Shown one piece after another: positions 62,534 to 64,000 of a stretch of 64,000 bases of DNA. The position numbers were made by a program, and so were the translations under genes. The stretch spans positions 2,720,001 through 2,784,000 of the forward strand of contig CAVXGK010000002.1 of NCBI GenBank assembly GCA_963761305.1, in the 5' to 3' direction. Numbering within the stretch: the stretch's first letter is position 1; each line of letters opens with the position of its first letter. The stretch is from an uncultured Gemmatimonadaceae bacterium. GTDB taxonomy: Bacteria > Gemmatimonadota > Gemmatimonadetes > Gemmatimonadales > Gemmatimonadaceae. Below the pieces are notes generated by a model. That model saw only the letters and a list, made by a program, of their open reading frames with translations, had not been told where the DNA came from and made no database searches.

Positions 62534-63271
62534 TCACTTGTTCAGCGTGAAAGCAAACCGCCAGCCGAACTCAGCGTCGTAGAGCGCGGTGGTCGGCATC
62601 GCCGTCACTCCGAGTTCCGAGAAGAGCGTCGTTCCCGTCGCGCGAACGGTCGCGGACGCCGAAGATCGGCGCATCCATTCCGGCCCGCTGAACTCCGATG
62701 GTCGAGTGGGGTCGGTGCCGAAGAGCCGGCTGTCGACCGATCGTCCCGACGAGCTGTCGCTCGGAATGGCCGTCCCCTCGATGCGTCCCGCCTGCGTGGC
62801 GATGGCGAAAGTCACGCGGCGCGGTGCCGAACCGGAATCGACGTTGAGCGTGACTGAGCCCGCGCGGACGGTGAAAGCATGCGCGCGGAACAGGTCGATG
62901 ACCGGCGTGCCCGATTGGCCGAACGTCAGCGGGACGATCGGCGAGCGCGCGCCGCCCGCGGTGTCGGCTCGCGCCTCAACGGCGAGGATGAGGGCGGCGA
63001 TCGTCGTCGGGCCGATGCGCCGAGTTCCCACGGTGCTGTTCGGACACTTTGTGATGAACAGCGACGCGGACGCCGTCCCATCCTTCGACGCGGCGACCCG
63101 CCATCGCGGGCCGATGAGCGCCTGCATCTTCGTGGCGTCGGCGCGGATGGGAACCGTTATCCCGACGCAGGGTGCCGTCGAGTCGGTCGCCCAGACCACG
63201 GGTGACGTCTGGGCGTCGCCCATGAAAGGCAAAGCGAGGGAGATCGCGACCGCTATGAGTAGTTGGCGCAT
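62534..63271 (-). CDS. Secreted hypothetical protein
   Basis: Signal peptide MRQLLIAVAISLALPFMGDA; stop abuts the downstream VOC gene. Confidence 0.7.
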   Translation of the reverse strand: MRQLLIAVAISLALPFMGDAQTSPVVWATDSTAPCVGITVPIRADATKMQALIGPRWRVAASKDGTASASLFITKCPNSTVGTRRIGPTTIAALILAVEARADTAGGARSPIVPLTFGQSGTPVIDLFRAHAFTVRAGSVTLNVDSGSAPRRVTFAIATQAGRIEGTAIPSDSSSGRSVDSRLFGTDPTRPSEFSGPEWMRRSSASATVRATGTTLFSELGVTAMPTTALYDAEFGWRFAFTLNK

Positions 63272-63391
63272 AGGACTCGAAGATGCTCGCTGTGCGTCGG
63301 GAAGCAAGCATGCGGCGGCGACGACGGCGTTGAACAACCCGGCGCAAGCGGTCGGACAAAGCGCCGCCATTGAACGTGCGGCCTTCCGGTC

Positions 63392-63409
63392 GCATTCTTA
63401 TGAGAATGC
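63392..63409. promoter_or_regulatory. Palindrome in a divergent intergenic region
   Basis: GCATTCT-TATG-AGAATGC. Confidence 0.45.
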
Positions 63410-63455
63410 TTGGCGGCCTTGTGAACGGGCTGGACGGAGACCACGAGAGGGATCA

Positions 63456-64000
63456 ATGAAGGCTGCCGATTTCCGCAAGCTCGCCCTGGCGCTCCCCGAA
63501 GCCCTCGAGGGGGCGCACATGGGGCATGCCGACTTCCGAGTCAGAGGAAAGATCTTCGCCACGCTTGGTTATCCCGATTCCAAGTTTGGCATGGTGAATG
63601 TCCCGCCGCACGAGCAGGATCTGCTGGTCCGTCAGCACCCGGCGGCATTTGCACCGGCGTCGGGTGCCTGGGGTCGCGCCGGCAGTACATCCGTCCGGTT
63701 AGCCGTCGCCCCACGAGTTGTCGTCAAGCACGCGCTCGAATCCGCGTGGACCCGACGCGCGCCGAAGCGCCTGCGCAATAGCGATCGCCCCGTCATGCCT
63801 GGACTTCTCCGGTTTACCGGAGCAGCCAAACGGCATCCGGCCATCGGTCCGTGGCTCGACGCGCAGCCGAGCGAGCTCGGCTCGATTGCGCGGACATGGT
63901 TCGCGCGCATGCGCCGCTGCGGCGCCGACGTACGAGAACTCTTGCATGACGGTTACGCCACGGCGTGCGTCGAAGACGCACCGTTTGCCTACATCGGGGT
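63456..64000 (+). CDS. MmcQ/YjbR-family domain in frame with a DUF1801-like domain (partial, runs off right edge)
   Basis: Hand translation: MKAADFRKLALALPEA..HMGHADFRVRGKIFATL...GAWGRAG..., no stop, then from ATG 63795 MPGLLRF...DVRELLHDG.ATACVEDAPFAYI. Confidence 0.8.
   Translation, partial: MKAADFRKLALALPEALEGAHMGHADFRVRGKIFATLGYPDSKFGMVNVPPHEQDLLVRQHPAAFAPASGAWGRAGSTSVRLAVAPRVVVKHALESAWTRRAPKRLRNSDRPVMPGLLRFTGAAKRHPAIGPWLDAQPSELGSIARTWFARMRRCGADVRELLHDGYATACVEDAPFAYIG

Overview
High-GC (roughly two-thirds by eye) bacterial chromosomal DNA. The gene repertoire suggests a soil Gemmatimonadota (inference): Ser/Thr kinase-TolB propeller, BlaI/M56-TonB, VPS10/BNR proteins with GGRGG linkers, M28 peptidase. 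I see about 60 genes and no rRNA, tRNA, CRISPR, integrase or transposase. Recognisable modules are: (1) an arsenic operon arsR-arsM-arsN2-arsC-metallophosphoesterase-aquaporin with two ATCAA-N6-TTGAT operators; (2) a BlaI/BlaR1-TonB pair with a sigma70 promoter and twin operators; (3) a probable phosphate-starvation locus, where Pho-box-like 11-bp repeats separate an aminoethylphosphonate operon (OPA-family MFS, PhnX-like, PhnW) from a divergent five-gene lipid operon (GT4, two DGAT2-like acyltransferases, PlcP/LpxH-like phosphoesterase, DedA); (4) a 19-bp palindrome resembling the rifamycin-associated element (RAE) between a Rox-like flavin monooxygenase and a divergent uncharacterised SAM-dependent transferase; (5) iorAB-type molybdoenzyme genes. 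Non-coding structure includes a ~125-bp hairpin, a degenerate 21-nt tandem array, a 51-bp direct repeat 4280 bp apart and decayed attC-like sites. Four genes carry six single-base (+1) frameshifts, most likely sequencing errors. The best candidates for an undescribed system are the lipid-remodelling operon and the RAE-linked transferase. All family assignments come from motif recognition, not database searches.
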